Positions 1-10,171 are shown, counted from the first letter of the stretch. The stretch is DNA of 64,000 nucleotides from Betaproteobacteria bacterium (GCA_009923505.1 RFTK01000002.1:1311-65310), one strand, 5' to 3'. The notes: a model not told the origin generated them from the letters alone. Program-made: numbers and translations.

Positions 1-452
1 GAACCGGCGCGTGTGTTCACCACCACAATCTCCAGGGGAGAGAGGGTGTGTCCGATACGCAGGAGTTCCTGCTCCACCTCGGCGGCCGTCACCACATGGC
101 CGTCGGACAGGTGCCTGAAATCGAGTTTGACCCCGGGCTGAAAGCACCACTCCAGCGGAACTTCGTCGATGGTGATGGCCGGTTTGGCCTGTCCCAGTGC
201 CTTGTCCATGGTGGAGTGAAAGTGAAAGGGCGCATCCAGGTGCGTGCCGTTGTGGGTGGACAGGGTCACGGTCTCCACCGCCCAGCCTTCGCCATCCGGC
301 AAATCCTCTTTTTTCAACCCAGGAAAAAAGGGTTCGATTTGCTGGTAGGTGTTCTCATGGGTGAAGTACTGGATCTTGGGCGCAAAGGCGGGCGGATCGC
401 TCATCACATCGTTTTCCAGGTAGATGGACAAGTCGACAAATTTTCTGGTCAT
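1..452 (-). CDS. Cyclase family (kynurenine formamidase/isatin hydrolase-like) metal-dependent hydrolase, partial (3' end beyond window start)
   Basis: Not in the ORF track because there is no stop in the window. Minus-strand translation from ATG 452 (GAGGAG RBS upstream) gives MTRKFVDLSIYLENDVMSDPP...STHNGTHLDAP, matching the HxGTHxDxPxH cyclase motif. Confidence 0.85.
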   Translation of the reverse strand, partial: MTRKFVDLSIYLENDVMSDPPAFAPKIQYFTHENTYQQIEPFFPGLKKEDLPDGEGWAVETVTLSTHNGTHLDAPFHFHSTMDKALGQAKPAITIDEVPLEWCFQPGVKLDFRHLSDGHVVTAAEVEQELLRIGHTLSPLEIVVVNTRAG

Positions 453-579
453 TGCAGTCTCCTCAGGCAGGGGGCAAGGTTTGAGCGGATGATAGCGGCC
501 TCGTGTCACGTGTGGTGCATGTCTGGTTCGTTCCCTTCACTCGAGCGTGATAGCCTCGCCCCTATTGCAGGAGATTTGT

Positions 580-1593
580 GTGGCAGCCATTCCCTATACT
601 TCGCTCGGCCATAGCGGCCTCAAAACGCCGCCCTTGTGGTTGGGCACGATGATGTTTGGGGATCAGACCCCGATGGATGAAGCCCGCCGGATGATCGAAT
701 CCTGCCGCGAGGCGGGCATATACGCCGTGGACACCGCGGACAATTACGCGGGCGGAGCCTCCGAGCGCATGCTGGGGCAATTGATTGCCGCTGATCGTGA
801 GCGCTGGATCGTGGCCACCAAGGTGGCCAACGCCATGGGCGATCAGGCCAACGATCGGGGCTTGTCGCGGCGCTGGGTCATGCGTGAGGTGGACAACAGC
901 CTGCGACGACTGAACACCGACTGGATCGACGTGTACTACATGCACCGGGATGACGAAAGCACACCCATCGAGGAAGTGCTCTCTACCTTTGCCCGTCTCA
1001 TCGAGATGGGCAAGATCCGCTACTACGGCTTGTCCAATTTCCGTGGCTGGCGTGTGGCCCGTCTGGTTGAAACTGCTCGCCGCATGGGGGTGCCAGCCCC
1101 CATTGTGTGCCAGCCCCCCTACAGCGCGGCCACTCGACTCATCGAGACCGAGTTGCTGCCATGTTGTCACCATTACGGCGTGGGGGTGGTGGCCTACAGC
1201 CCGCTGGCCCGAGGTGTGTTGACGGGGAAATACAAGCCAGGGCAGGCGCCCGCCGCGGACAGCCGTGCCGCCCGCGGTGACAAGCGAATTTTGCAGACCG
1301 AGTTTCGACCCGAATCGCTGGCGATGTCGCAAGCCTTCGAAGCCCACGCGCGTGCCCGCGGGATGAGCGCCACCCAGTTGGCCATTGCCTGGGTGCTCAA
1401 CAACCGGTTGGTGCATGGTGTGATAGGTGGCCCCAAGACATTCACCCAGTGGCAAGACTACCTGTCAGCCTGGCAATGCCGCCTGACCGCTGAGGACGAG
1501 GCCGCCATCGATGCCCTGGTGCCGCCGGGCTACGCCTCGACGCATGGCTACAACGACCCCCAATACCCTTTAACTGGACGAGTACCACGATGA
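580..1593 (+). CDS. Aldo/keto reductase
   Basis: LWLGTMMFG, DTADNY, VATK, DVYYMHR and GVVAYSPLARG are AKR motifs. Start moved to GTG 580, downstream of a GGAG RBS. Confidence 0.9.
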   Translation: MAAIPYTSLGHSGLKTPPLWLGTMMFGDQTPMDEARRMIESCREAGIYAVDTADNYAGGASERMLGQLIAADRERWIVATKVANAMGDQANDRGLSRRWVMREVDNSLRRLNTDWIDVYYMHRDDESTPIEEVLSTFARLIEMGKIRYYGLSNFRGWRVARLVETARRMGVPAPIVCQPPYSAATRLIETELLPCCHHYGVGVVAYSPLARGVLTGKYKPGQAPAADSRAARGDKRILQTEFRPESLAMSQAFEAHARARGMSATQLAIAWVLNNRLVHGVIGGPKTFTQWQDYLSAWQCRLTAEDEAAIDALVPPGYASTHGYNDPQYPLTGRVPR

Positions 1594-2498
1594 GTTCCTC
1601 TCTTTCTTCCCAAACGGTGGGCCTGGTGGGCCTGGGCATCATGGGCAGCGCCATGGCGCCCAACTTGCTGGCAGCAGGTTTTCAAGTGGTCGGCTTTGAT
1701 GTGTCGCCCGAACGCATGAAGGCCTTTGTGGCGGCCGGGGGCACTCCCGCCGCATCGCCCCAAGCTGTAGCCGAAGCGGCGCCCATTGTGATCACCTCCT
1801 TGCCGAGTGTGGCGGCTTTGAATGCCGTGGTGCTGGGCCCGCAAGGCTTGATGGCAGCGCAGGTTCCAGGGCGTATCCTGGTCGAAACCAGCACGCTGCC
1901 GATCGAAGACAAGCAGGCCGTGCATGACCAGGCTAAGGGATGGCACATGCTGGACTGCCCCCTCAGTGGCACGGGGGCCCAAGCGGCGAAAAAAGATTTG
2001 CTGGTGTACGCCAGTGGCAACTCGCAGGCCATTGCCGCGTGTTCGCACGTGTTCAACGGTTTTGCCAAGGCGCACCACGATGTCGGTGCATTTGGCAATG
2101 GCTCGCGCATGAAATTCGTGGCGAACTTGCTGGTGGCCATTCACAACGTGGCTGCGGCGGAGGCCTTTGCGCTGGGCATGAAGGCGGGCTTGGACGCTGA
2201 GACCATTTACAAGGTGATTGCCGATGGGGCAGGGGGCTCGCGCATGTTCACGGTACGAGGCCCGCAGATGGTGGCCAACCACTACGAGCCGGCCACCATG
2301 AAGGTCGAGACCTGGCAAAAGGACATGAAAATCATTGCCGAGTTTGCGGCCGAGGTGGGTGCGCCCACGCCTTTGTTCCATGCCTCAGCGCCCATCTACA
2401 GCACGGCGATGGCGCAGGGGCTAGGCTCGCAGGACACGGCGGCTGTGTTTGCCGTGCTGGCCGACATGGCTCGCCTGAAATTACCCAACCCTCAGTAA
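1590..2498 (+). CDS. NAD(P)-dependent beta-hydroxyacid dehydrogenase (3-hydroxyisobutyrate/tartronate semialdehyde reductase family)
   Basis: GLGIMG Rossmann motif, DCPLSG, and MKFVAN with the catalytic Lys. 4-bp overlap with the AKR gene. Confidence 0.88.
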   Translation: MSSSLSSQTVGLVGLGIMGSAMAPNLLAAGFQVVGFDVSPERMKAFVAAGGTPAASPQAVAEAAPIVITSLPSVAALNAVVLGPQGLMAAQVPGRILVETSTLPIEDKQAVHDQAKGWHMLDCPLSGTGAQAAKKDLLVYASGNSQAIAACSHVFNGFAKAHHDVGAFGNGSRMKFVANLLVAIHNVAAAEAFALGMKAGLDAETIYKVIADGAGGSRMFTVRGPQMVANHYEPATMKVETWQKDMKIIAEFAAEVGAPTPLFHASAPIYSTAMAQGLGSQDTAAVFAVLADMARLKLPNPQ

Positions 2499-2528
2499 TA
2501 TCCCCCTTCATCGAGACAAGGAGACCCT

Positions 2529-3524
2529 ATGTTCGAATTACAAGCAGTGTTTCGCGGGTCAGCCCGTTGGGTGAGCTGTGCGCTGGTGGCGCTCTGCAGC
2601 CTGCAGGCCCAGGCGCAGGACTATCCCACCAAGCCCATCACCCTGGTGATGCCCTACGCGGCGGGCGGGCCGGGCGATGTCATCACGCGCATTTATGCAA
2701 CAGCCATGCAAAAGGCGCTCGGTCAGCAAGTGATCGTGGAAAACCCGGCAGGGGCAGCCGGATCTATCGGCACAGCCAAAGTCGCGCGCAGCAAGCCCGA
2801 CGGCTATACCCTGTTGATGATTCATGTGAGCCATGCCACCAACCCCTTCATGTTCAAGAACCTGAGTTACAGCCCGGTGGACGATTTCGAGCCCATCGGC
2901 ATGGCCACCGAAGGACCCATGGTGCTGGTGGCTCGCAAGGACTTTCCGGCCAAGGATGCCCGTGAATTTCTGGACTATGTTCGCAACAACGCCGCCAAGC
3001 TCAGCATGGGACACGCCGGTCCGGGCTCCGCATCACATCTGTGTAACCTCAAATTCATGCAGGCCTTGAAGGTCAACATCACCCAGGTCCCTTACAAAGG
3101 CGCAGCCCCTGCCCTGAATGACCTCATGGGGGGTCAACTGGATTTCATGTGTGACCAAACCAGCAACAACCTGCCCAGCGTGCAAAGTGGCCGGGTGAAA
3201 GCCTATGCGGTGGCCGGGTCGCAACGCCTGACTCAACTGCCCGAGGTGCCCTCGTTGCAGGAAGCCGGTTTGAGTGGCTTTGAGATCAGCATCTTCTTTG
3301 GCCTGTATGCCCCCAAAGGCACGCCTCGTCCGGTGCTGGACCGCCTTACGGTCGCTTTGCAGCAGTCGGTGCGTGACCCTGATGTCAAGGCGCGCCTGGC
3401 TGCGCTGGCCACCATACCCGTCCCCCCCGAAAAAGCCAGGCCCGAGGTCCTGCGTGCCCACCTGAAAAACGAAATGGACACCTTGGGATCGCTGTTACAG
3501 GCCGCCGGTGTGAAGCCCGAGTGA
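2529..3524 (+). CDS. Bug/TctC tripartite tricarboxylate transporter substrate-binding protein
   Basis: Signal peptide, YPTKPITLVMPYAAGG, VENPAGAAG and VPYKGAAPALNDLMGG. Confidence 0.92.
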   Translation: MFELQAVFRGSARWVSCALVALCSLQAQAQDYPTKPITLVMPYAAGGPGDVITRIYATAMQKALGQQVIVENPAGAAGSIGTAKVARSKPDGYTLLMIHVSHATNPFMFKNLSYSPVDDFEPIGMATEGPMVLVARKDFPAKDAREFLDYVRNNAAKLSMGHAGPGSASHLCNLKFMQALKVNITQVPYKGAAPALNDLMGGQLDFMCDQTSNNLPSVQSGRVKAYAVAGSQRLTQLPEVPSLQEAGLSGFEISIFFGLYAPKGTPRPVLDRLTVALQQSVRDPDVKARLAALATIPVPPEKARPEVLRAHLKNEMDTLGSLLQAAGVKPE

Positions 3525-3605
3525 AACGAAACGCGATGGCATGACGTGCTTCAAGTCGCGTACGGCATGATCGGGCCGATGTGATGGCATACGACTGAAC
3601 TGACC

Positions 3606-4349
3606 ATGCCCTTCAGTCCTGCCGAACTCGCCTCTCGACGCAGCGCATTTCGTGAGGGAATGCGAACCGCCGTGGGTGCGCCGGCCGCCGTGTTGTTCTC
3701 CGGCATGGTGGGGTTTGGTGCCTTGGGGTATGCCAGCCAGATGGACCCGTGGTTGCTGGCCACCGGGAGCTTGACGGTGCTCGCCTTGCCGGGGCAGATC
3801 GTGATGATCGAGATGCTCTCGCATGGGGCGCCCTGGCTGGCCATCACCCTGGCGGTGACGCTGACCTCGAGTCGATTTGTGGTGATGGTGGTGACGTTGT
3901 TTTCACAATTGGATGACCGCGATCGCCAGCCCTGGCTGTATGCCGCGGTGCATCTGCTGGCCATGACCGCCTGGGCGCTGTCCATGCGTGACTTTCACAC
4001 CATTCCACGAGAGCGCCGCGCGCCTTTTTTTCTGGGGCTGGCCTTGGTCTGCGGACTCGTCACCCTGCCGGGTACCTTGCTGGGGTATTGGTTGGCGGGC
4101 AGTGTGCACCCGGCAGTCACACTGGCGATGGTACTCATCAATCCCCTGTTCTTTCTGCTCACCTTCACCGAGGTCAGGCCCTGGGCCAATCGCCTGGCCA
4201 TTGTGATGGGGTGCGTACTGGGGCCGTTGACCTATTGGTTCGATGCTGACAGCAGTCTCCTGGTGACAGGGTTGGTGGCGGGAAGCCTGGGCTACTGGGT
4301 GGACCGTCGTTGGTTGCGCAAGCCGCAGATCGCATCGGGGGTGCGTTGA
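3606..4349 (+). CDS. azlC: AzlC-family branched-chain amino acid exporter, large subunit
   Basis: Hydrophobic 247-aa protein with AzlC-like organisation, TGATG-coupled to a small membrane gene. Confidence 0.75.
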   Translation: MPFSPAELASRRSAFREGMRTAVGAPAAVLFSGMVGFGALGYASQMDPWLLATGSLTVLALPGQIVMIEMLSHGAPWLAITLAVTLTSSRFVVMVVTLFSQLDDRDRQPWLYAAVHLLAMTAWALSMRDFHTIPRERRAPFFLGLALVCGLVTLPGTLLGYWLAGSVHPAVTLAMVLINPLFFLLTFTEVRPWANRLAIVMGCVLGPLTYWFDADSSLLVTGLVAGSLGYWVDRRWLRKPQIASGVR

Positions 4350-4684
4350 TGGATTGGCAGGGACATGCCCCGTGGCTGGCTTTGGTGGGTGCCAGCGTCG
4401 GCACCTACCTGTGTCGTGCGGTCGGCGTGTTGATGGCGGGTCGCCTCAACCCGGAGAGTGAAGTGTTTCGGTGGCTCTCGGCCGTCACTTACGCCATGGT
4501 GGCGTCGCTGTCGGTGCGGCTGGTGGTGTTGCCGCAAGGCCCCTTGGCCACGGTGCCGCTGTGGGTTCGCATCGGCGTGTGTGCGCTCAGTGTGGCCGTG
4601 ATGATGTCGCGCCCCGAACGACGGTTGGTACCAGCTTTGTTGACGGGCACCTTGCTGATGTTGGGCTACGGCATGCTCACTTGA
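4349..4684 (+). CDS. azlD: AzlD-family small membrane subunit
   Basis: ATG 4349 overlaps the azlC stop. About 111 aa, hydrophobic, with GTYLCRAVG. Confidence 0.72.
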   Translation: MDWQGHAPWLALVGASVGTYLCRAVGVLMAGRLNPESEVFRWLSAVTYAMVASLSVRLVVLPQGPLATVPLWVRIGVCALSVAVMMSRPERRLVPALLTGTLLMLGYGMLT

Positions 4685-5408
4685 CGCGAGGCGCCACCGA
4701 CAGGCCCCGTATGCCGTGTTGCTCAATCAGGCGAGCGACCAGACCCGAGTCGATGGCCTCATTCACAAACTGTTGCAAGAAAGCGGCGGCTTGAGTGTTG
4801 CGCTTGTGCGTGCCAATCGATTGCTGCACGGTGGTGAACTGTCCGGGCAGGATGCGTGAGCCAGGCAGCTTCTCGGCATCGGTCAGCAAGCGAGGCCGCA
4901 GGCAGGCCATGGCGTCCAGGCCGTCTCGCTGGAACATCTCAAAGGTGGCATCAAAACCCTCGGCGTGCACCAGGGTGGCGTGCTGGATGTGACGCTTGAG
5001 CCACAAGTCGTAGGCACTGCGCGCTGCCACTGCGATGCGCACGCCGGGCCGATCCACTTGTTCCAGTGACTGGATGGCTGAGCCGGGTGGCACCAGGTAG
5101 GTGGCTTCGATTTCAACGTAAGCGCTGGTGAACGTGATGCGCTCAGCGCGCGCGGGCTCGGCGCCGATCAGGCCGATATCCCACACATGGTCCGCGGCAG
5201 CATCAGCGAGCTCGCCAGGCGTCTCATAGGGAACCAGTTGCAAGCCCACGCCGAGCCGATCCGCAATCGCGCGTGCCATGTCCGGTCCCACGCCTTGGGG
5301 TTCGCCGGCAGGCCCCCGGCTGCTGACGAGCAGAAAATTGAGCAGGTTGACAGCGGCACGTAAGGTGCCTTGGGGTGCCAGTTCCTGGGCGATGGCGGAG
5401 GTGTTCAT
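4677..5408 (-). CDS. Solo amino-acid-type (family 3) substrate-binding protein
   Basis: GTLRAAVN, GVGPDMARAIA, WDIGLIGAEPARAERITFTSAYVEIE. Start placed at ATG 5408. Confidence 0.8.
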   Translation of the reverse strand: MNTSAIAQELAPQGTLRAAVNLLNFLLVSSRGPAGEPQGVGPDMARAIADRLGVGLQLVPYETPGELADAAADHVWDIGLIGAEPARAERITFTSAYVEIEATYLVPPGSAIQSLEQVDRPGVRIAVAARSAYDLWLKRHIQHATLVHAEGFDATFEMFQRDGLDAMACLRPRLLTDAEKLPGSRILPGQFTTVQQSIGTHKRNTQAAAFLQQFVNEAIDSGLVARLIEQHGIRGLSVAPRVK

Positions 5409-5520
5409 GAAGCTTCTCGGTGCATTGGGGCAAGCGTATGAGTCTAGCGCGCTTGCATGGCTGACAAACAGCCGCTGTCGCGGGTTGGACGGTATGCACA
5501 TCGAAGCGTGAAGCTCTGAA

Positions 5521-5563
5521 TTGACAAGGGCAGGGGGCCTCCCTACAGTGGGCTCGACTGTAG
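5521..5563 (+). promoter_or_regulatory. Sigma70 promoter (TTGACA-17bp-TACAGT) with an overlapping inverted repeat CTACAGT-N7-ACTGTAG
   Basis: TTGACA 5521-5526, 17-bp spacer, TACAGT 5544-5549. Perfect 7-bp inverted repeat at 5543-5563. Lies upstream of the ATG at 5582. Confidence 0.65.
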
Positions 5564-5581
5564 ACAACCAGGCTTTGCTCC

Positions 5582-6709
5582 ATGTTCCGTGCTCCCACCA
5601 CCCTCGCGCCCGTCTCAGACGCGACGCGCGATTTGCCCGAATATCTGACGCTGCATGAAATCGTCAAGCGCGCCCGCCAACGCCTCAGCCATGATGACTG
5701 GGATTACATCATCGGCGGAACCGAAACCGAGGTGGGCGTCAAACGCAACCGGCTGGCTTTGGATTCGTTGGGGTTTCGTCCCCGCATCCTGCGAGATGTG
5801 AGTCGCATCGACCCAGGGACCGATTTCCTCGGTCGCCGATTGCGTCTGCCGGTGGTGCTGGCGCCGGTGGGAAGCCTGGAGCTGTTCAGTCCCGAAGGCG
5901 CTGCGGCGTCGGCCCGCGCTGCGCATACCTTTGGCGTGGCGCACATGCTGAGTTCGGTGTGCCAGCCGGGGATTGAGGGGTTGGCGCAGGCGGCCCCGGA
6001 TGCGCTGCGCACCTACCAGCTGTATGTGCATGGTGATGCCGGCTGGATTGACGATCGGATCGAGCGCTGCATCGCCGCAGGCTATTCAGCGTTTTGTTTC
6101 ACCGTGGACTCTGCGGTGTACAGTCGCCGCGAACGCGATCAGGCCAAGCGCAACATTCGGCGCAATGTGGTGCCAGGTCGTGAGATGCAGGTGTTCTTCA
6201 GCTGGAAGGACATCGAGCGCATCCGTGCCAAGTACTCGATCCCCATGGCGCTCAAGGGCGTGGACACGGCTGCCGATGCCCAGTTGGCGCTGGACCACGG
6301 CATGGACATGATTTATGTGTCCAACCACGGAGGACGCCAACTCGACCATTGCCTGGGCTCGATGGCGGTGTTGCCTGAGATTGTGGACGTGGTCAAGAAG
6401 CGCATTCCGATCATCGTCGATGGCGGCATCAACCGCGGCTCGGATGTCGTCAAGGCCATGGCTGCAGGCGCCGACATGGTTGGTTTGGGACGCATGCAAT
6501 GCCTCGCCTTGGCCGCTGGTGGGGAAGCAGGCGTGGTGCGCATGCTGGAAATTCTGGAACACGAAGTGGTGACCTGCATGGGCCTGTTGGGTGTGAACCA
6601 CTGGTCTGAGTTGGATCGCTCTTACATCACCGCTGCGCCGGCCATTGATACGCCGCACACGCTGAGTGCCTTCCCGCTCTTGTCGCTGGAGGACCAGTCG
6701 TTCTACTGA
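5582..6709 (+). CDS. FMN-dependent alpha-hydroxy acid oxidase/dehydrogenase (lactate/glycolate/mandelate family)
   Basis: YQLY, FTVD, ALKG, VSNHGGRQLD, VDGG and VGLGR motifs. Confidence 0.92.
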   Translation: MFRAPTTLAPVSDATRDLPEYLTLHEIVKRARQRLSHDDWDYIIGGTETEVGVKRNRLALDSLGFRPRILRDVSRIDPGTDFLGRRLRLPVVLAPVGSLELFSPEGAAASARAAHTFGVAHMLSSVCQPGIEGLAQAAPDALRTYQLYVHGDAGWIDDRIERCIAAGYSAFCFTVDSAVYSRRERDQAKRNIRRNVVPGREMQVFFSWKDIERIRAKYSIPMALKGVDTAADAQLALDHGMDMIYVSNHGGRQLDHCLGSMAVLPEIVDVVKKRIPIIVDGGINRGSDVVKAMAAGADMVGLGRMQCLALAAGGEAGVVRMLEILEHEVVTCMGLLGVNHWSELDRSYITAAPAIDTPHTLSAFPLLSLEDQSFY

Positions 6710-6768
6710 CCCGATCCTGTTTCCGCGCGCTCAGCGCCCCTGCACAACATCCATTCAAGGAGTCGATC

Positions 6769-7734
6769 ATGCATTTTCGTACCGTGTTTTCCGGGTGCCT
6801 GGCGGCACTGTTCACCTGCAGCCCCCTGACGGCTGCGGCACAGCCGGCATTCCCCAACAAGCCTGTTCGCATGATCGTGCCCTTTCCGGCGGGACAGGCC
6901 ACGGACATGGTGGCGCGGATGCTGGCCGAAGGCTTGAGCCGATCCTGGGGTCACCAGGTCGTGGTGGAAAACCGTCCGGGTGTACCGGGCATGATGGCTG
7001 GCAAGGAAGCCTTGCCGGATGGCTATACGCTCACCTTCGGCACCAGTGGCACGCTGGCGGTCAACCCGGCGGTCTATTCCAAGCTGACCTACGATACACA
7101 ACGCGACTTCGCCATGATCCATGGTGGGGGAGTCATCCCCATGGTGATCGTGGCCAGCGCCACTTCCCCCTTCCAGAGTCTGAAAGACCTGGTCGATGCC
7201 GCGCGCAAGGAACCAGGCAAATACAACATCGGCTATGGCGGCGTGAACAACACGCAGCACCTCACCGGAGAGTTGTTCAAGTCCTACGCCAAGGTCGACC
7301 TGGTGGGGGTGACCTACAAGGGCAGTGCCGCTGCCGTGACCGATTTGCTGGGCGGTCAGGTGTCCCTCCTGGTGGACAGCCTGGCCGCCACCATGCCGCA
7401 CATCAAGTCCGGCAAGATCCGGCCCCTGGCCATTTCCACCTTGCAACGGGTGCCCCAGATGCCCGACCTGCCCACCGTGGCCGAGACATTCCCGGGCTTT
7501 GAAGGCGTGGGCTGGGCCGGTCTGGTGGCCCCCAAAGGCACGCCTCAGGCGGTGATCGACAAGATCAGCGAGGACACGCGAAAGGTGCTGAGTGATCCCA
7601 AAATGCGAGACATGATCATGGACCGGGGCATGGTGGCCGATATGCGTGGCGCCCGCGAGTGGGGCGAATTTGTCAATGCCGAGGTGGTCAAATGGGCCGA
7701 GGCAGCGCGCAAAGCCAACCTCAAGGCCGACTGA
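6769..7734 (+). CDS. Bug/TctC substrate-binding protein
   Basis: Signal peptide, FPNKPVRMIVPFPAG, VENRPG and YKGSAAAVTDLLGG. Confidence 0.92.
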   Translation: MHFRTVFSGCLAALFTCSPLTAAAQPAFPNKPVRMIVPFPAGQATDMVARMLAEGLSRSWGHQVVVENRPGVPGMMAGKEALPDGYTLTFGTSGTLAVNPAVYSKLTYDTQRDFAMIHGGGVIPMVIVASATSPFQSLKDLVDAARKEPGKYNIGYGGVNNTQHLTGELFKSYAKVDLVGVTYKGSAAAVTDLLGGQVSLLVDSLAATMPHIKSGKIRPLAISTLQRVPQMPDLPTVAETFPGFEGVGWAGLVAPKGTPQAVIDKISEDTRKVLSDPKMRDMIMDRGMVADMRGAREWGEFVNAEVVKWAEAARKANLKAD

Positions 7735-7888
7735 CCTGCACCCGCCATTCGCGCAAGACTGACAAAGCCGCCATGGAGGGGGGATTCAGGGCTGGTTTGC
7801 GGCCAGCGGTGAAGACCGATATGATCCTTGACCCGCCTAGGCCACGTCGGCCGGGCCTGCGTCATGCGTTCGCAACAGGAGAAAAGAC

Positions 7889-9043
7889 ATGGCTGGACTC
7901 GTTCCTCATATCGACCCGGATGGCCTGCTGGAGTTTTCGGTGGTGTATACCGACCGGTCGCTCAACCACATGTCCCAGCGTTTTCAAGGCGTGATGAAGG
8001 ACATCTCCGGCATTCTCAAAGAGGTGTACCACGCGCATGCCGCCGTCCTGGTGCCCGGCAGTGGCACCTTCGGGATGGAGTCGGTCGCGCGACAATTTGT
8101 CACGGGTCGACGTGCGCTGGTGATTCGCAATGGTTGGTTCAGTTACCGCTGGACCCAGATTTTCGAGATGGGGAACATCCCCGCCGAAAGCATGGTGATG
8201 AAGGCACGTCGCGAGGGCACCCATGCACAAGCCGCCTGGGCGCCGTGTCCCGTGGGTGAGGTGGTGCAAGCCATTCGTCAACACAAACCCGACGTGGTGT
8301 TTGCGCCTCATGTGGAAACCGCCGCCGGCATGATCTTGCCCGACGACTACCTGCGTGCGGTCTCTGACGCCGTGCACGAGGTCGGCGGACTGATGGTGCT
8401 GGATTGCATCGCCTCGGGCGCGGCCTGGGTCGACATGGTGGCCACCGGTGTCGATGTTCTCATCAGCGCGCCACAAAAGGGCTGGAGCGGTTCGCCCTGT
8501 TGCGCCATGGTCATGCTGAGCGAGCGGGCGCGCACGGCGATCGAGTCCACGCAAAGCACGAGCTTTGCATGCGACCTGAAAAAGTGGCTCAACATCATGG
8601 AAACCTATGAAAAGGGTGGCCACGCCTATCACACCACCATGCCCACCGATGCCTTGACCCGTCTGCGTGACGTGATGATGGAAACCCGCGCCTATGGGTT
8701 TGACAAGGTCAAGCAGGAGCAATTCGAGATTGGTCGACAGGTGCGTGCCTTGCTCGAGTCGCGAGGCTTCAAGAGCGTGGCAGCCGAAGGCTTTAAAGCA
8801 CCCGGCGTGGTGGTGAGTTACACCACTGACACCGACATCCACAACAGCAAGAAATTTCTCGCATTGGGTCTGCAAACGGCTGCGGGTGTGCCCCTGCAGT
8901 GCGACGAACCCGCCGACTTCATGACTTTCCGCATTGGCCTGTTTGGTCTGGAGAAGTTGCACAACGTGACGCGCAGTGTCCAGCATCTCGCGCAAGCGCT
9001 CGACAGCATGGGCATCCAGGCCCCCGAGGCTGTGCCCGCCTGA
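7889..9043 (+). CDS. Class V PLP aminotransferase (alanine-glyoxylate/serine-pyruvate type)
   Basis: PGSGTFGME, HVETAAG, LDCIASG and SAPQKGW (PLP Lys). AGGAG RBS upstream. Confidence 0.9.
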   Translation: MAGLVPHIDPDGLLEFSVVYTDRSLNHMSQRFQGVMKDISGILKEVYHAHAAVLVPGSGTFGMESVARQFVTGRRALVIRNGWFSYRWTQIFEMGNIPAESMVMKARREGTHAQAAWAPCPVGEVVQAIRQHKPDVVFAPHVETAAGMILPDDYLRAVSDAVHEVGGLMVLDCIASGAAWVDMVATGVDVLISAPQKGWSGSPCCAMVMLSERARTAIESTQSTSFACDLKKWLNIMETYEKGGHAYHTTMPTDALTRLRDVMMETRAYGFDKVKQEQFEIGRQVRALLESRGFKSVAAEGFKAPGVVVSYTTDTDIHNSKKFLALGLQTAAGVPLQCDEPADFMTFRIGLFGLEKLHNVTRSVQHLAQALDSMGIQAPEAVPA

Positions 9044-9109
9044 GCGGGGATCCAACAGTCACGTGTGACCGGTGGCCTACAACTGTGCTACCCGAACACT
9101 GACCGGGGC

Positions 9110-10171
9110 TTAGACGGTGGCGATGGGCGTGGCGGGTGAGCCCACCGCGCCGGGTAGCCGCAACGGCGGTGCGGTCAACAAGAAGCGTGATCGCTGGTGC
9201 TCGCGCAACCAGTGGGCCAGGGGCGAAAGATGCCAGATCTCGCCCAGGTGCACGCCCAGCTTGAAAAGGCAATGCTGGTGCAAGGGCAGGAAAGCGCAGG
9301 GGCCTTCCTGCGCGGTGGGCGGGTGTGCTTCCACTGCGTAGTTGTCGGCAATCAGCGCCACCAGGCCAGTCTCCGTGATCCATTGCAGCAGCTTGGTGTC
9401 TCGGCCTTCCAGCACCGCGCAGCTGCGTAAGAGCAAGTCTCCATCGGGCTCGCGGTTCATCTCCAGCAACATGTCGGCAAAGCCGGTGTGCAGGCACACC
9501 ATGTCACCACTTTCGACCGTCACGTTGTCTTGACGCAGGATCTCCATCAGGTGGTCGTAATCGATATTCACCCGTTGGCGACCCACGTGCGCGTGCAGGT
9601 CGATCATCACGCCACGTCCCTGCACACAGCGCTCGGACATGTTTTCAATGCCGAGTTTCTTGACCTGCGTGGTGGAGGTGCGGGGAATACCCGGAAAATC
9701 GAAAATACCAGCGCCCCCGGGGTGCGACGGGCCGATCACATCCTGCCCGGCACGGAAACCGTTGTAGTAGACTGGCTCGGGAATGCCATCGCCATCGGCG
9801 TCGAACAAGCTGCCCACGTGCGCCAGGCTGTCCCATTGTGAGCTGTACTGCAAGTGCATGATCACCAGGTCGTCGCACAACACGTCGGTGCAACTGGGGT
9901 CGTGGGAGCGCAACTGGTAGTTGAGCATGGGCGTGCCTTCGCGAGCCGTGGGGCGCAACACTGGCGGCATGCGGCGCGGGTTGAGCACATTGCCTCCGGG
10001 GAAGTCCAGAGGCAGGCTCAGGTTGAAAGTCTGCCCGGTGCGTACCTCAGCTACGGCTTGCAAGACCTTGTCCGGCGTCAACAGATTCATCCGGCCGGCC
10101 TGGTCGTCTGGACCGAAGTCTCCCCAGGTCGATCCGGGGGGGCGTTGCTTCCAGCGAGGTGATGCACTCAT
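9110..10171 (-). CDS. Cyclase family protein (SSQWDSLAH subtype)
   Basis: WGDFGPDDQAGRMNLL, SSQWDSLAH, GDMVCLHTG, ADNYAVE and LGEIWHL. Start placed at ATG 10171. Confidence 0.82.
   Translation of the reverse strand: MSASPRWKQRPPGSTWGDFGPDDQAGRMNLLTPDKVLQAVAEVRTGQTFNLSLPLDFPGGNVLNPRRMPPVLRPTAREGTPMLNYQLRSHDPSCTDVLCDDLVIMHLQYSSQWDSLAHVGSLFDADGDGIPEPVYYNGFRAGQDVIGPSHPGGAGIFDFPGIPRTSTTQVKKLGIENMSERCVQGRGVMIDLHAHVGRQRVNIDYDHLMEILRQDNVTVESGDMVCLHTGFADMLLEMNREPDGDLLLRSCAVLEGRDTKLLQWITETGLVALIADNYAVEAHPPTAQEGPCAFLPLHQHCLFKLGVHLGEIWHLSPLAHWLREHQRSRFLLTAPPLRLPGAVGSPATPIATV

Noticed and set aside
48-614. 188-aa plus-strand ORF at the window start
   Set aside because: Antisense shadow of the minus-strand cyclase gene (1-452), which has an RBS and family motifs.
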